This document shows, piece by piece, positions 47,988 to 59,500 of a DNA stretch of 64,000 bases. Numbering within the stretch: position 1 is the first letter of the stretch; every line of letters begins with the position of its first letter. The notes below the pieces were generated by a model that searched no databases, was not told where the DNA came from, and saw only the letters and a program-made list of their open reading frames with translations. Source of the stretch: Macrostomum lignano (taxonomy: Eukaryota); NCBI GenBank assembly GCA_002269645.1, contig NIVC01000765.1, positions 63,331 to 127,330 on the forward strand, in the 5' to 3' direction. A program made the position numbers and the translations under genes.

Positions 47988-49090
47988 GCGCTTTAAGTAT
48001 CTGCAGTTTGGAGTCAAATGAGCATTGGTCAATGACTTTGAAGCGCTCTTCGGGTTTGCAGTTGGAGCAACTATTACACTCTAAGAGATGGTTTTGGATA
48101 GCCGACGGTTTCAGCCAGTGCTCCCTGATTCTAGTGTGCAGGTGCCTTTTTGTCTTCCCCACGTAGGAGACGCTCTGGTCATCAGAGCAGCTGAACTGAT
48201 AAACGACACCAGCACGAAGAGCACAGGGAACACGTGACTCTAACTGACCGAGAAAGTTGCCAACCTTAGCAGAACGAAAGATGACGCGGATGTTGCAATT
48301 AAGCGAGTTGCGAAATAATTCGCAGATTTTATTTGTGAAGAGTTGAGAAGGATAGCCAAAGAAAGGCAGGACAAGAGTTGGTTCGTTGAGATCGATGCGA
48401 TCAGCTTTAGCGCTAGGCTGATTGACGAATTTCTTAGAGACGAATTTGTGAATGTGAGTATGGATAAACGCACGAGAATAACCATTTTGTTGAAAAAATT
48501 TGGTCAGAAAATTCACTTCTTGGGCAAAGTTGGTCCAGGTGTTGCAGACAGTGAAAGCTCTGTGGAGCAGACATCTGATCAGACCGGATTTCCACTGCCT
48601 TGGGCACAAAGCATTAAAGTTAAGGTGAGATTGGTAAACGTGCTTTGGTGGAGAAAAACTTTGGTGGAGAGGGTTCCGCAGTTAAAATCAATGTCGAGGT
48701 CAATGAACGGCCTCTGGTCGGAAGCAACCTCAGAAGTGAACTGGATGTTAGTGTGTGTGGAGTTAAGAGCGTCGAAGAAGCGGTCAATTTTCTTCTAGAA
48801 CCGTCGGCTATCCAAAACCATATCTTAGAGTGTAATAGTCGCTCCAACTGCAAACCCGAAGAGCGCTTCAAAGTCATTGACCAATGCTCATTAATTTGAC
48901 TCCAAACTGCAGATGCTTGAAGCGCTGTACATTAAAGCGCATTCCTCCAACCTCAACACTGAACTCCATCACAGTGGCGCGGGCCATGTTCTCCATGTGT
49001 TCTGAGGGAGGGGGAACTGGCTGTACATTCTGTACTGCTGGCTGCATTGCTAATAAAGCGTCCCTGGACTTTGCCTCTCGATTTATGGAC
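47988..49090 (-). mobile_element. Penelope-like retroelement remnant (RT C-terminus + GIY-YIG endonuclease) with an inverted copy of its 3' part
   Basis: Minus-strand ORF with GLIRCLLHRAFTVC, VVYQFSC, SYVGKTKRHLHTRIREH and ILKAL. 48797-48930 (+) is an inverted duplicate of 47988-48115. Confidence 0.8.
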
Positions 49091-49816
49091 TAACAAATAT
49101 TAAAATATTGATTAAATTTACATCCCAAAAATTTCGTATTTATTCACTTCCGATCTCTACACGTTTCTCTCGCTCAAAATAATATGGTAAACCTGAAGAT
49201 GCACACTGTAGTGCGAAATGCGTCGGTTAACTAAATGAATGTTGATTTTCGCTCTTCTCTTCATCCTAATTGCCAAGCGAGCAACTTTACCTGAAAAATT
49301 AATATTTATCCCCCACTTGCCACGGGCGAACGTCTATGGTCTCAGTGTAAATTTCATTTATTTGCATCGGTGCAAATAAACGGTTTATTTCACTCGCCCA
49401 AAGACAATATTAAAACGCTGTTTCTAACTGCTCACTTGGCTACATAGAGAGGATTGTCTGAAACATTCACCGCATGTCTGAATCTGCAGAATACGGTATA
49501 GAAATTCTGCTATAGACCATAGACATCAAATCATTTTTTTTAAAATTGTCTCAACTTTCTTAAAGCGCCCCCTTGACCCCGCTTTCCCTGTTACGCTGTT
49601 TCTACTTTTAAGTGGTGGATACATCACATATTTCCCGTTAATACCAAGTGTCTAGGGCAAAAATGCTTTATAAACCATATATATCATTGGGCTCGCAAGC
49701 ACAGAACATATACAGTTCTGTGCTCCCAAGCCGTCTTCAGTAGTAGGAGTTGAGGCTCTAGACAGAACACAATGCAGAAGTCACTTTCGCGTCAGAACAA
49801 ATGCTTTCTACGCTTG

Positions 49817-51090
49817 CCTCTCTAATTCGTACGCTCAATTTTACTAAGTGGAATCCATTAGCAATCAATTTAAAGCTAAAAATTCAAAAAATTAAAATCC
49901 CCTTTGAGTCCTCTCCCCTCATCCGCTTGAGCCGCTCATTGTTGCTAGGCAATGAGCCAGGTAAATAGAATTTCACTCCCCAGTGTTTTAAGGCATCGCA
50001 GCGGATTGCAGAGCCTCCCAGAACATCATCACACGAAGTAAAAGCTGCGGACTCAAAGCCAACTGCTACCAACGGCACAATGCTCTCTCTGCTCATCATC
50101 TGGATTGTCATGGCAGCGGCTGCCACGGCTGAGAAGTCCTGCTGGAGTCTCCAGCGAGGCGACCTCGCCGAGTACCGGGTGCTGGCGGTGAAGCTGGCGG
50201 TCAACGACATTCACTGCGTGACTTCTGCTGAGAACGCGGAAGCCGTCCGCTTCGACGCGGCCTTGGGCTCCTGCTCGCTGCTGGCGTGCGATCGGGGAGC
50301 GATGGACGCCTGCAGGAAGTGCCGGCACGCCAGCGACTCCAGCCTGCCTCAGCTGTGGGTGAGTGAGCTGGGCTTTGCTTTGCGGCTTCTGCACTTTGCA
50401 GAAAGCAGAGCATCAATATGCGTGCACGAAATGCAGCACCGCATCAATATGCGTGCACGAAATGCAGCACCGCATCAATATGCGTGCACAAAATGCAGCA
50501 CCGCATCGCCCATTGCAGATGAGGAAGCCGGTGAAGTGCTGGACACCTTCCAGCACAGAGTCGACGGCTCCATTAGCTTCAACCGGAACTGGGCGGACTA
50601 CGCGAGCGGATTCGGTCAGGGCGAGAGTCTCAACTACTGGATGGGACTGGAGCAGCTCCACCAGCTCACCGCCACTGGAGTGTGGAGAGTCCGCTGGGAG
50701 TTCAGCGACTGGAACGGCACCTGGTACTGGGCTGAGAATGCTCCGTTCTCTGTTGGTCCAGCGAGCGACAAGTACAGGTGCTCGATGGGACCTCTGGACG
50801 CGAGCAGGTCGAGTGTCGGACAGCGGACTGAAGCGAACTTCTCGCCGAACAACTGGCAGTTCAGCACTCCGGACTCCGACAACGACAACTGGAGCGGTGG
50901 AAGCTGCGCACAGGAAAGGCAGGCTGGGTGGTGGTACGGCTGGTGTGCATTCATTGACCCGAACGCAGTCTACAAAGAGTATCCCAACACACAGGGGCTT
51001 TACTATTACCTTAAAGGCTCGGCTAGCAATCTGATCATTCTTTACTCGATGAAGACTTTTGAGTGTCTGATTTTTAATTGAGTTGCTTAG
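49817..51090 (+). repeat. Segmental duplication unit B (FReD gene)
   Basis: Near-identical to 40111-41448. Confidence 0.92.
50080..51081 (+). CDS. Fibrinogen-related protein, copy 2 (1-bp deletion; only the unspliced frame is intact, possible pseudogene)
   Basis: Near-identical to copy 1. The putative intron 50359-50518 has 3 rather than 5 31-bp units. One G is missing between 50544 and 50545. Confidence 0.75.
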   Translation: MLSLLIIWIVMAAAATAEKSCWSLQRGDLAEYRVLAVKLAVNDIHCVTSAENAEAVRFDAALGSCSLLACDRGAMDACRKCRHASDSSLPQLWVSELGFALRLLHFAESRASICVHEMQHRINMRARNAAPHQYACTKCSTASPIADEEAGEVLDTFQHRVDGSISFNRNWADYASGFGQGESLNYWMGLEQLHQLTATGVWRVRWEFSDWNGTWYWAENAPFSVGPASDKYRCSMGPLDASRSSVGQRTEANFSPNNWQFSTPDSDNDNWSGGSCAQERQAGWWYGWCAFIDPNAVYKEYPNTQGLYYYLKGSASNLIILYSMKTFECLIFN

Positions 51091-51256
51091 TGCAGCTGTC
51101 GGCCGCTAGACTTCATCAGCTGGCCTGATCTCAATCTTGCACTCTAGAGTCCTTTCTTCACCCGTCACACATTCTTTACCTTCTACTCGTCAGTAGACGA
51201 ACTCAGAAGTTTTTAATTGTGCACAAACATAAGAATGTCTGTTTCCTTTAGCAATC

Positions 51257-52271
51257 TGAAGTACTTGGTGGTTTCCTGTCGCTACTTCCCAATCAATCAC
51301 GTGAGCTGCCTACCTTGCGAGCTCTTCTGGGAAGTCTCCGGGTTGATCTAGTAGCGTTGGTAGTGCTGCCACCAGCTTCGCAGAGTCGCAGCCTTCGGTG
51401 AGGTGCTGAGCTCGTAGAAGCAAATAACTAAGACGAGAGAAAGAGACTCGCACTTCGTGCAGATTTAGCAGTTCTCGCGCAGAGGTGCCCACCGTCAGCA
51501 GTCATTGCCGGGCTGGTGCGGGGTGAGAGCGAAAGTGCTAGCTTCGGGCGATCCGAACTGGCCTGCTAATTGATAGCAGGAGCAATCAAAGGCAGTCACG
51601 CGCAAAGTCGGGAGTCTTGGAGTTTAAGTTTAACGGGCGCGTTCAGAGTTCTTTAATGGCAGAGAGGCAAAGGGTCGGCAGAAAAGGGTTCTGGAAAGGC
51701 TTGTCTGAGCCAAGCCATGAGAGGGGCTGCATTTATAGAGGATCGATTGCACCATAGCACGAAAGACCCCCGCTGAGAGTCATGAGTGACTCTGTTACTA
51801 TTTTTAGCAACAAACAAGCGGGTCCTGCCTCAGAGGAGGCAAGGGGGTCCGGGCGCACGTGATCTCCCCATGAACACGAGCCCAGCGTACAATGATGAAA
51901 TCATTGCACTTTGGACTAAAGAAGGAAGAAGGCCTTGTCATGTGACTGACTCACATGACAAGGGGAAAAGGCCCACAAGTGAAGGCACTCGTGACCGTGG
52001 GACCGGAAAACAGGATAGCACTCCAAATTTGGAGATGCCTGACAGAGAACGAAACAGAGGCAGGCCAGACCAAGCTGTCTGGGCACTGCAAAAGGGAAAA
52101 CGAAACAAAAGGGGCAAGCGAGGACAAACAGACAGACAAACGGGCAAAGGACAGGCGGGAGGACAGGCGAGGAGGGACAGGCAACTGCCCAGCGGCAGAC
52201 AGAAGCCTGGGGCGAGGGCGAGGGCAACAGCTGACTAGTGCGGCGCCTAACTAAACTAGCGACTCACTACA
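51257..52271 (-). mobile_element. Solo LTR, same family as 21308-22370
   Basis: Shared termini TGAAGTA and TAAACTAGCG.CTCACTACA. 4-bp TSD AATC at 51253-51256 and 52272-52275. Confidence 0.85.
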
Positions 52272-54210
52272 AATCGTAGAGTACTTTATCGTGCAACTGT
52301 TACAATACGAGAATTCTAACGTAGTATGCTCTATACTTTTTGTATTGCTGTAAGGTACTATGCAATAAACTTTCCTCTGATCCTTAAAATCCCACTTAAA
52401 TACAAGCAGCAATCCAGTAATGCTACGAGCGTATATGCATGTACACGTACGTATGTAAAGTACTTGTCGACTTTTTTAATTTCGTTTATCAGGATGTTGC
52501 TGTCCTCTAGAAACTGGTAAGGATAGTGGGGTCGCATGCAGGCGTATAACAGTGATTTACATGTACTGTCTGTGCTGTATGTGTACGTATGTACTGTCTG
52601 TGCTATACATGTGTACTGTCTGTGCTGTATGTGCTGTATGTGCTGCAATGTACCAAGGGCGACGCCATGGATTTTATGGGGGTGAACAAAATCAAGAAAT
52701 TCAAATGTACATGACTATAAATTCCTAAATTTCCATTATACGAGTGCTGTATGAGCTGTATGTGCTGTATGTGTATGTATACGTATTAATATATGTATTA
52801 AGAATCGTGCTGTCAGCGTTCATTTTTGGCGCCGCAGGCACTCATTTTGGCGCCACAGCTGGGGACTCATTTTGGCGCCGTAGATACTCCTTTTGGCGCT
52901 ATTTTTGCGCCGTGAAGAAAAATTATTGATAACAACACAACAGGTCACAATGTGGGGTGGTGGTGGGGGGACAAAGCATTGGCATGTCCCCCATAGCTTT
53001 TACTGGGGGGAGGGACGTTCTTTTTCTTCACCCCCTCTCTCCTCTCCCTCTGCACCCATCAAAACTGTCATCAAAAAAGCAGACACCCAAAAAATCTGAG
53101 TCCGCAAAGCCAGTAGTTGATCCGAGAGCAGCTCTGCCGTGTTCAAGGATTCAATCAATGCAACTTTTTATGCCTTTTAAAAGCAGCCTCGGTTTATTAG
53201 TGATTCAACAGAGCATATTAATAGCAGATAGAATCCTCAGGTTTTCACACAGCTTCAGCAACATCAATATTGAATTATATTGAATATATGAACATCGGGC
53301 CTAGGCGTTAAGAAAATAGTGAACAAATAAGCAAATTGTGTCGAGAGCTGCAGGACTGCACACAGTTTCCCGCGATGAAGCCACAAAGACAGAAAAATCA
53401 AATTTCAAATTTTTGCCTTTTCATTTTCAACACATTATTAAGCTGCAGAAGATTTCCAACCAGCAACATACAAAGTGAATATTTACTGCACATACTACTG
53501 ATTTACAATTGCAAAAATACTGCTTTATAAAAATTGTTAACGAACGCATGAGAAAAGCTATCAGGCAAATATTAATAATATATATATATATATAATAGAC
53601 AAAAGATAGGCTTAGATTTATATATGCATATACATATATAGTGTGCAGGCCGACCCTGATAATGGCATCACAATGGCATCAACATTCGCTAATTTAGCTT
53701 GCGTTGAAATTCTGTACAATAGAAACAAAATTCGTTAACAATATTCGCATCACGCTACTGAACAAGTTAGAAATAGAATTAGAAAGGCTTATTATTAATT
53801 AAATTACAAAATTGGAAGTAGTAAAATTAGCTTGATGAGGGATGAATTTATTCGGGGCATAGGCAATTTCGCCTACTAACAGTAGGCAGTAGCATCTGTA
53901 GGCTGAGGCAGATTGTAGGCTGCTGATAAAAAAGTTTCTAAATTTTTGCAACTGAGAAACAGAGCTGAGAAACAGTTATGAGTAGTATGATGGGCATTTT
54001 TGTACAACACAAGTATAGAGAAAATGTCTATTCCCTACTAGTAGTAGTATGCGGAACCCTAGACATAGAAAGCTATATATAATTTTATATGCTATGTAGC
54101 TGTAATTTAGTTAGCATAATTAATTATTAGATCAATTAATGTGCAATATTCAGCAGGCAAATTTGATGCAATAAAGAATACAACGGCAGGTGAAGGATGA
54201 ATGCAAATGA

Positions 54211-54216
54211 TTTATT
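54211..54216 (-). promoter_or_regulatory. Candidate polyadenylation signal of Dscam
   Basis: AATAAA on the minus strand about 80 nt after the stop codon at 54294-54296. Confidence 0.5.
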
Positions 54217-54293
54217 TTCAACAGAAATTGCAACTCAAATTGCGCCCGTATCAGTCCTGTGTCTGCGCGCAACTGGTGTGCTCACGCTCTGGG

Positions 54294-55696
54294 TTACACG
54301 AATGTCACATTTCTCGTGTCATAGGTGGGGTCGTCTTCAGTGGAATCGGCCGAGTCGCGGCCATCGTCAGCGTCGGCAGCTCGCTGCTGCTGGGGGCCCG
54401 CCGGCGCATCCGCGGGCAGCCTGCGGAAAGGTTGAAAAGGAAAAGAAAAATTTAGCCGATATGTATGGAAAATTACTTAAATATATACAAATTGCGTGTA
54501 TTCTGTAGAGATCATTTAGGAAGACTGTCGATATGTATCGAATCGAAAGTAGACTTTGCAAATTACAATTTACGAACGTTGCCGATATGTATCGAAAGAA
54601 TATCTTTTGAAAATTAATATTTTATAGGACAGGGGATCAAAGCTATCAACCTTGCCGATATGTATAGAAAGTATATTTTTTTGCAAATTAATACTTTGTG
54701 AGACAGCGGGTCTAATTTATCAACTTGCCGATATGTATCGAAAGTGACTTTTCGTAACTTACTATTCTATAGGACAGGGATCACTTTGTCAACCTTGCCG
54801 ATATGTATCGAAAGTAAACTTTTAGCAAATTACTATTTTATTGGAAAAGGGATCGAATTTATCAATATTGCAGACATGCATAGAAAGTTTTTTTTAAGTA
54901 TACAATTGCATACTGTAGTTAAATGCTAGAAAACTGCCGATATGTATCGAAAGTATACTTTGTTGTAGAGAAAATTTTCAAATTTTAGAGGATCAGATTT
55001 AGCAACAACGTAGCCAATATACAAGACTGGAGTAAAATATTTACAAATAAGCCGATATGTATCGAAAAAATACTTTCAAAACTCTCACCTATTGCCGCCA
55101 AGCAGCTGTTGAACTTCATCTTCAACATCCTCCCTGGTGGCCGGCATCGCCGCCGCCGGCTGCTGCTGCCGCTCAGGCCAGTAGAGCCGTTGCGACGGCC
55201 TGTAGGAGTTGTAGATGCTGCTGCCGCCGGCGCCGCCTCCGGCCAGTCTGTGCCGAGGGCCCGGCTGGGTGCCGTAGTTGTAGGCGGAGTCCGTGGCCTC
55301 GTAGACCCCAGTGCCGTAGCTGTCCGCCTCCGACGGAGGCACCCGACGCTGCTGTTGAGGCTGCTGCCTGCCGTTGTTGTTGTTGTTGTTGTTGTTGTTG
55401 TTATTCTTGAAGCTCCGTCGGAACTGCTGCTGCTGTTGTTGCTGTTGCTGCGGCACTGAAGGGAGGGTGCCGTTGCGCGACTTCGGCATGAGGCCGCCCG
55501 TCAGGGTCAGCGAGCGCTGCATGACGTCATCGATGCTCTCGTAGGTCTGCTCGGACTCCGCCATAGACGGCTGCCGGCGGTGCCGACCCAGCATCGGCGG
55601 CTGCGGCTGGCGGGACCGCGGATCGTCTGCGGGTTGGAAGGGCCAGGTTGAAGGACTGGATGGATGGTGGGGACAGACAGAGACAGACAGACAGAC

Positions 55697-55767
<71 letters not shown>

Positions 55768-55772
55768 TAAGC

Positions 55773-55807
<35 letters not shown>

Positions 55808-55828
55808 TAAGCAGACAGACAGGCAGGC

Positions 55829-55859
<31 letters not shown>

Positions 55860-55984
55860 TAAGCAGACAGACAGACAGACAGACAGACAGATAAGCAGAC
55901 AGACAGGCAGACAGACAGACAGAAAAACAGACGGATAAGCAGACAGACAGACAGACAGACGGACAGATAAGCAGACAGACAGGC

Positions 55985-56057
<73 letters not shown>

Positions 56058-56092
56058 GGTAAGCAGACAGACAGACAGACAGACAGATAAGC

Positions 56093-56141
<49 letters not shown>

Positions 56142-56188
56142 GCCAGACAGACAGGTAAGCAGACAGACAGACAGACAGACAGATAAGC

Positions 56189-56254
<66 letters not shown>

Positions 56255-56276
56255 GCAGACAGACAGACAAACAGGC

Positions 56277-56309
<33 letters not shown>

Positions 56310-56371
56310 CTAAGACAGACAGATAAGCAGACAGACAGGCAGACAGACAGACAGACAGACAGACAGACAGG

Positions 56372-56407
<36 letters not shown>

Positions 56408-56444
56408 TAAGCAGACAGACAGACAGACAAACAGACAGATAAGC

Positions 56445-56504
<60 letters not shown>

Positions 56505-59500
56505 GGCCAGTGGCTCACCCTGCTGGTACAGCGGCACCTCGCAGGTGGCATTGCGCAGCTCGTTGGGGTTGGGCGGCAGGTTGGTGAAGTTTCTGATCCC
56601 GGGATCCGTGGTCTCGCTGCTGCCTGAGTTCTCCTCGTACTCGGCCGTGTGCGCAGGCAGCGGATGGTGCATCGGCGCCAGCTGTTGCAGCAGCTGCTGC
56701 GTCCGGTAGGCATCAACCAGCTCCTCGTGGTTGCTGCTCAGAGTGGTGGCAGAGCTCATGTGGCTGGCGCGGACGCCGAGGCCCAGAGCCGGGTGCTGGT
56801 GGTGGCCGGAGGGCTGCAGCTGCGGGCCGCCCTTCGCGTAGGGCCCGCCACCCGCCAGAGTTGATGACTCGTTCTCGTACGGCGGCAGCTGCTGCTGTTG
56901 CAAAATCTGCTTTGGCTGCTTTGAGCCGCCGCCGCCGCCTCCGCCTGCTCCAGGGCCGTTGCGGACCGGCTTTGTTGCACCGTCAGCGTCGAAGGTGGCG
57001 TAGGCGCGGATGTTGCCCTTGGAGTCCACGGACTCGCGGTCGTCCTCGTCGTCTTCGTATGGCACCGCGGCTGGCGGCTTGCCGACCAGGACCTGCGGGG
57101 CCCTGATGCCTTTCTCGTGTTGTAGCAGCAGGTGCTGCTGCTGCTGGTACTGCTGATGGTAGTTGCTCTGTGGGTTTAGGAGTCACACGGGTTCGCGAAG
57201 GGCTAGAAAAAATTCGTTAAGAGTTGGAAGGGCTGGAAGGGTTTGTGAAGGGTTGGAAGGGTTCGTGAAGGGTTGGAAGGGTTCGTGAAGGGTTGGAAGG
57301 GTTCGTGAAGGGTTGGAAGGGTTCGTGAAGGGTTGGAAGGGTTTGTGAAAGGTTGGAAGGGTTTTTGAAGGTTCGAAAGGGTTTTTGAAGGGTTGGAAGG
57401 GTTTGTGAAGCGTTGGAAGGGTTTAAGAAGGGTTGGAAAAGTTTGCAAAGTGCTGGAAGGTTTGTGAAGGGTTAGAAGGATTTGTGAAGGGTTGATAGGG
57501 TTTAAAAAGGGTTGGAAGTGTTTGTGAAGGGTTGGAAGGGTTTGTAAAGCGTTGGAAGGGTCCGTGAAGGGTTGGAAGGGTTCTTGAAGCGTTGCAAAGA
57601 TTTTCCGGAGCTTCAAAAGAAAGTCTCTCACCTGTACTGCTGTTGCTGTTGGAGCAGCAAGTGCTGCTGATGAGGCGGAAGCAGGTGGTGCGGGGGCTGC
57701 TGCTGCAGTTGATCAACTGGAATTCCCGGCGAGTGCTGCTTGTGCTGCCTGTACAGCACGGTGGTGCACACAGCGAACAGGCACACCAGCAGAAGGGCCA
57801 GTACACCGGCGGCCAAGATGTACGGCCAGTTCTGCCACCCTGAGATGCCGCCCGACGAGGGCATGCCGTTCGGCAAGTTCGGCTGGGATCGGGACGACTC
57901 CTTAGCTCCGCTGGTGCCGGCGTGGCCGACTTCGCCGCGACCGTCGATGCCGCGCAGGAGGAGGCCAGTGAGCTTCAGGCTGCTTTGGATCGTCAGGTTG
58001 CCGGCGGCGTTGTGCGCCACCACGGCGAAGTGCAGCAGTCGGCCTTCAGCTGACACTCCTCGTCTGGCGAGTCCCGTCAGAAGGTTCGAGTCTAGGACCT
58101 TTGAGCGCGGGGATAAGGATAGTGGAAACCATGAGTGCCTTTAGTGTAAAAATGTGCATTGATTTCTACGGAATTTCCATGGATTTTCCGCGGAACTTCC
58201 CTGGCTTTTCCACGGAATTTCCGTGGATTTTTTTCATAGAAAGCATTATTTCCTCACCTTTAGACAGCAGCCATTTTCCAGACTGTCTCGAGTGGCCACG
58301 GCGGTTGGCTGTAAAATGCCGCGCTCGAAACCGTTTTCCAGCGGGAGGCTGTTCAAATACACCAGATATTTGTAGGCGTGACAGCCGTCTCCCGGCAGGA
58401 TGTCGGTGAAGTTGAATTCGATTCCAATTCGATTGGTAAGAATCTGAGCGATGGGACCGGCGCCGCTGCGCAGCACAGGCCTGGATCCCAGAGTCCGCAT
58501 CTCCATGTACTCGGTGTAGGGGCTCTTCAGATCGAAGCCGTTCACTGCGCGTATTCGAAATTTCATAGCTGCGCCGCATTGGACCGGGTCGACCAGGTAG
58601 GACCGGTTGCGGGCGCTCACCGTTCGCGTGTCCTCGGCTGCCGAGTAGAGGTTGACATAGTTGAGATTGTAGCCAGCAATCAGGGAGTCGCCAGCCGCCA
58701 CAGGGATGGAGGCCGAGTCGCGAGATCCGATGCCCATCGGGCGCCAGATTACCTCTAGGGAGGAGTTGGTTCGCTGGCCGGGCAGCAGCCGCGGAGTCTG
58801 CGGCACAGCTGGAATTGACAACAAAAAAGTTACTGCCTAAAAAGGGCCGTTTTATATAAAAGAAATACTACTGTTAGGTACATGTAGATAGCTTATGTAG
58901 GCTTCCTGTAAGGGCCATTTTAACTATAGAACAGTTAGGTAGATAGCTTAGGTAGGTGCCTTAAAAGGGCTGTTTTAACTAAAAAATATAGGAAGATTAC
59001 TAAGGTTGGTGCCTTAAAACGGCCGTTTTAACTATAAAACTGTTAGGTAGACAGCTTAGATTGGTGCCCTAAAATGGCCGTGTTACACACAGGAATGAAG
59101 AATTATGCAAATAATTATTATATAGGCCTAAAAGAGTGGCAAAAACTTACGCAGATTCTGCACGGTAGCAACCTGAACATTGTAGGTAACTGAGGACGTG
59201 TCGTCCGTGTCGCTGCATTTATACCTGTGCGGACCGCCGATATTGCGAAGACCAGTAATAACAAGCGAACCATTGGGAAGCCGTTCGGTGCGAGGCGAGC
59301 TAAAATTTGTTCAAAGGTAATTTTTAATTCACTTCAGCTAAAAAGCAATGCTAAGATTTCATTAAAAAAGACCAGTTTCTCAGCACTTACTCCACAGTTG
59401 GCATGGTCCACCTGGGGCTGGTGTTACCGTGGCCCACAATATAGCAATCGAGCACTAGGCGGGCGCTCTGGGTAACCAGAAAGTCCTGCCGGAATGACAC

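Noticed and set aside
52655-53070. Possible MITE with repeated TTTTGGCGCC motifs
   Set aside because: No convincing TIR pair or TSD could be defined.
55673-56504. SVCL-repeat proteins here and at 37.4-38.0 and 38.8-39.3 kb
   Set aside because: Microsatellite translations; the Dscam one lies between a valid donor and acceptor.
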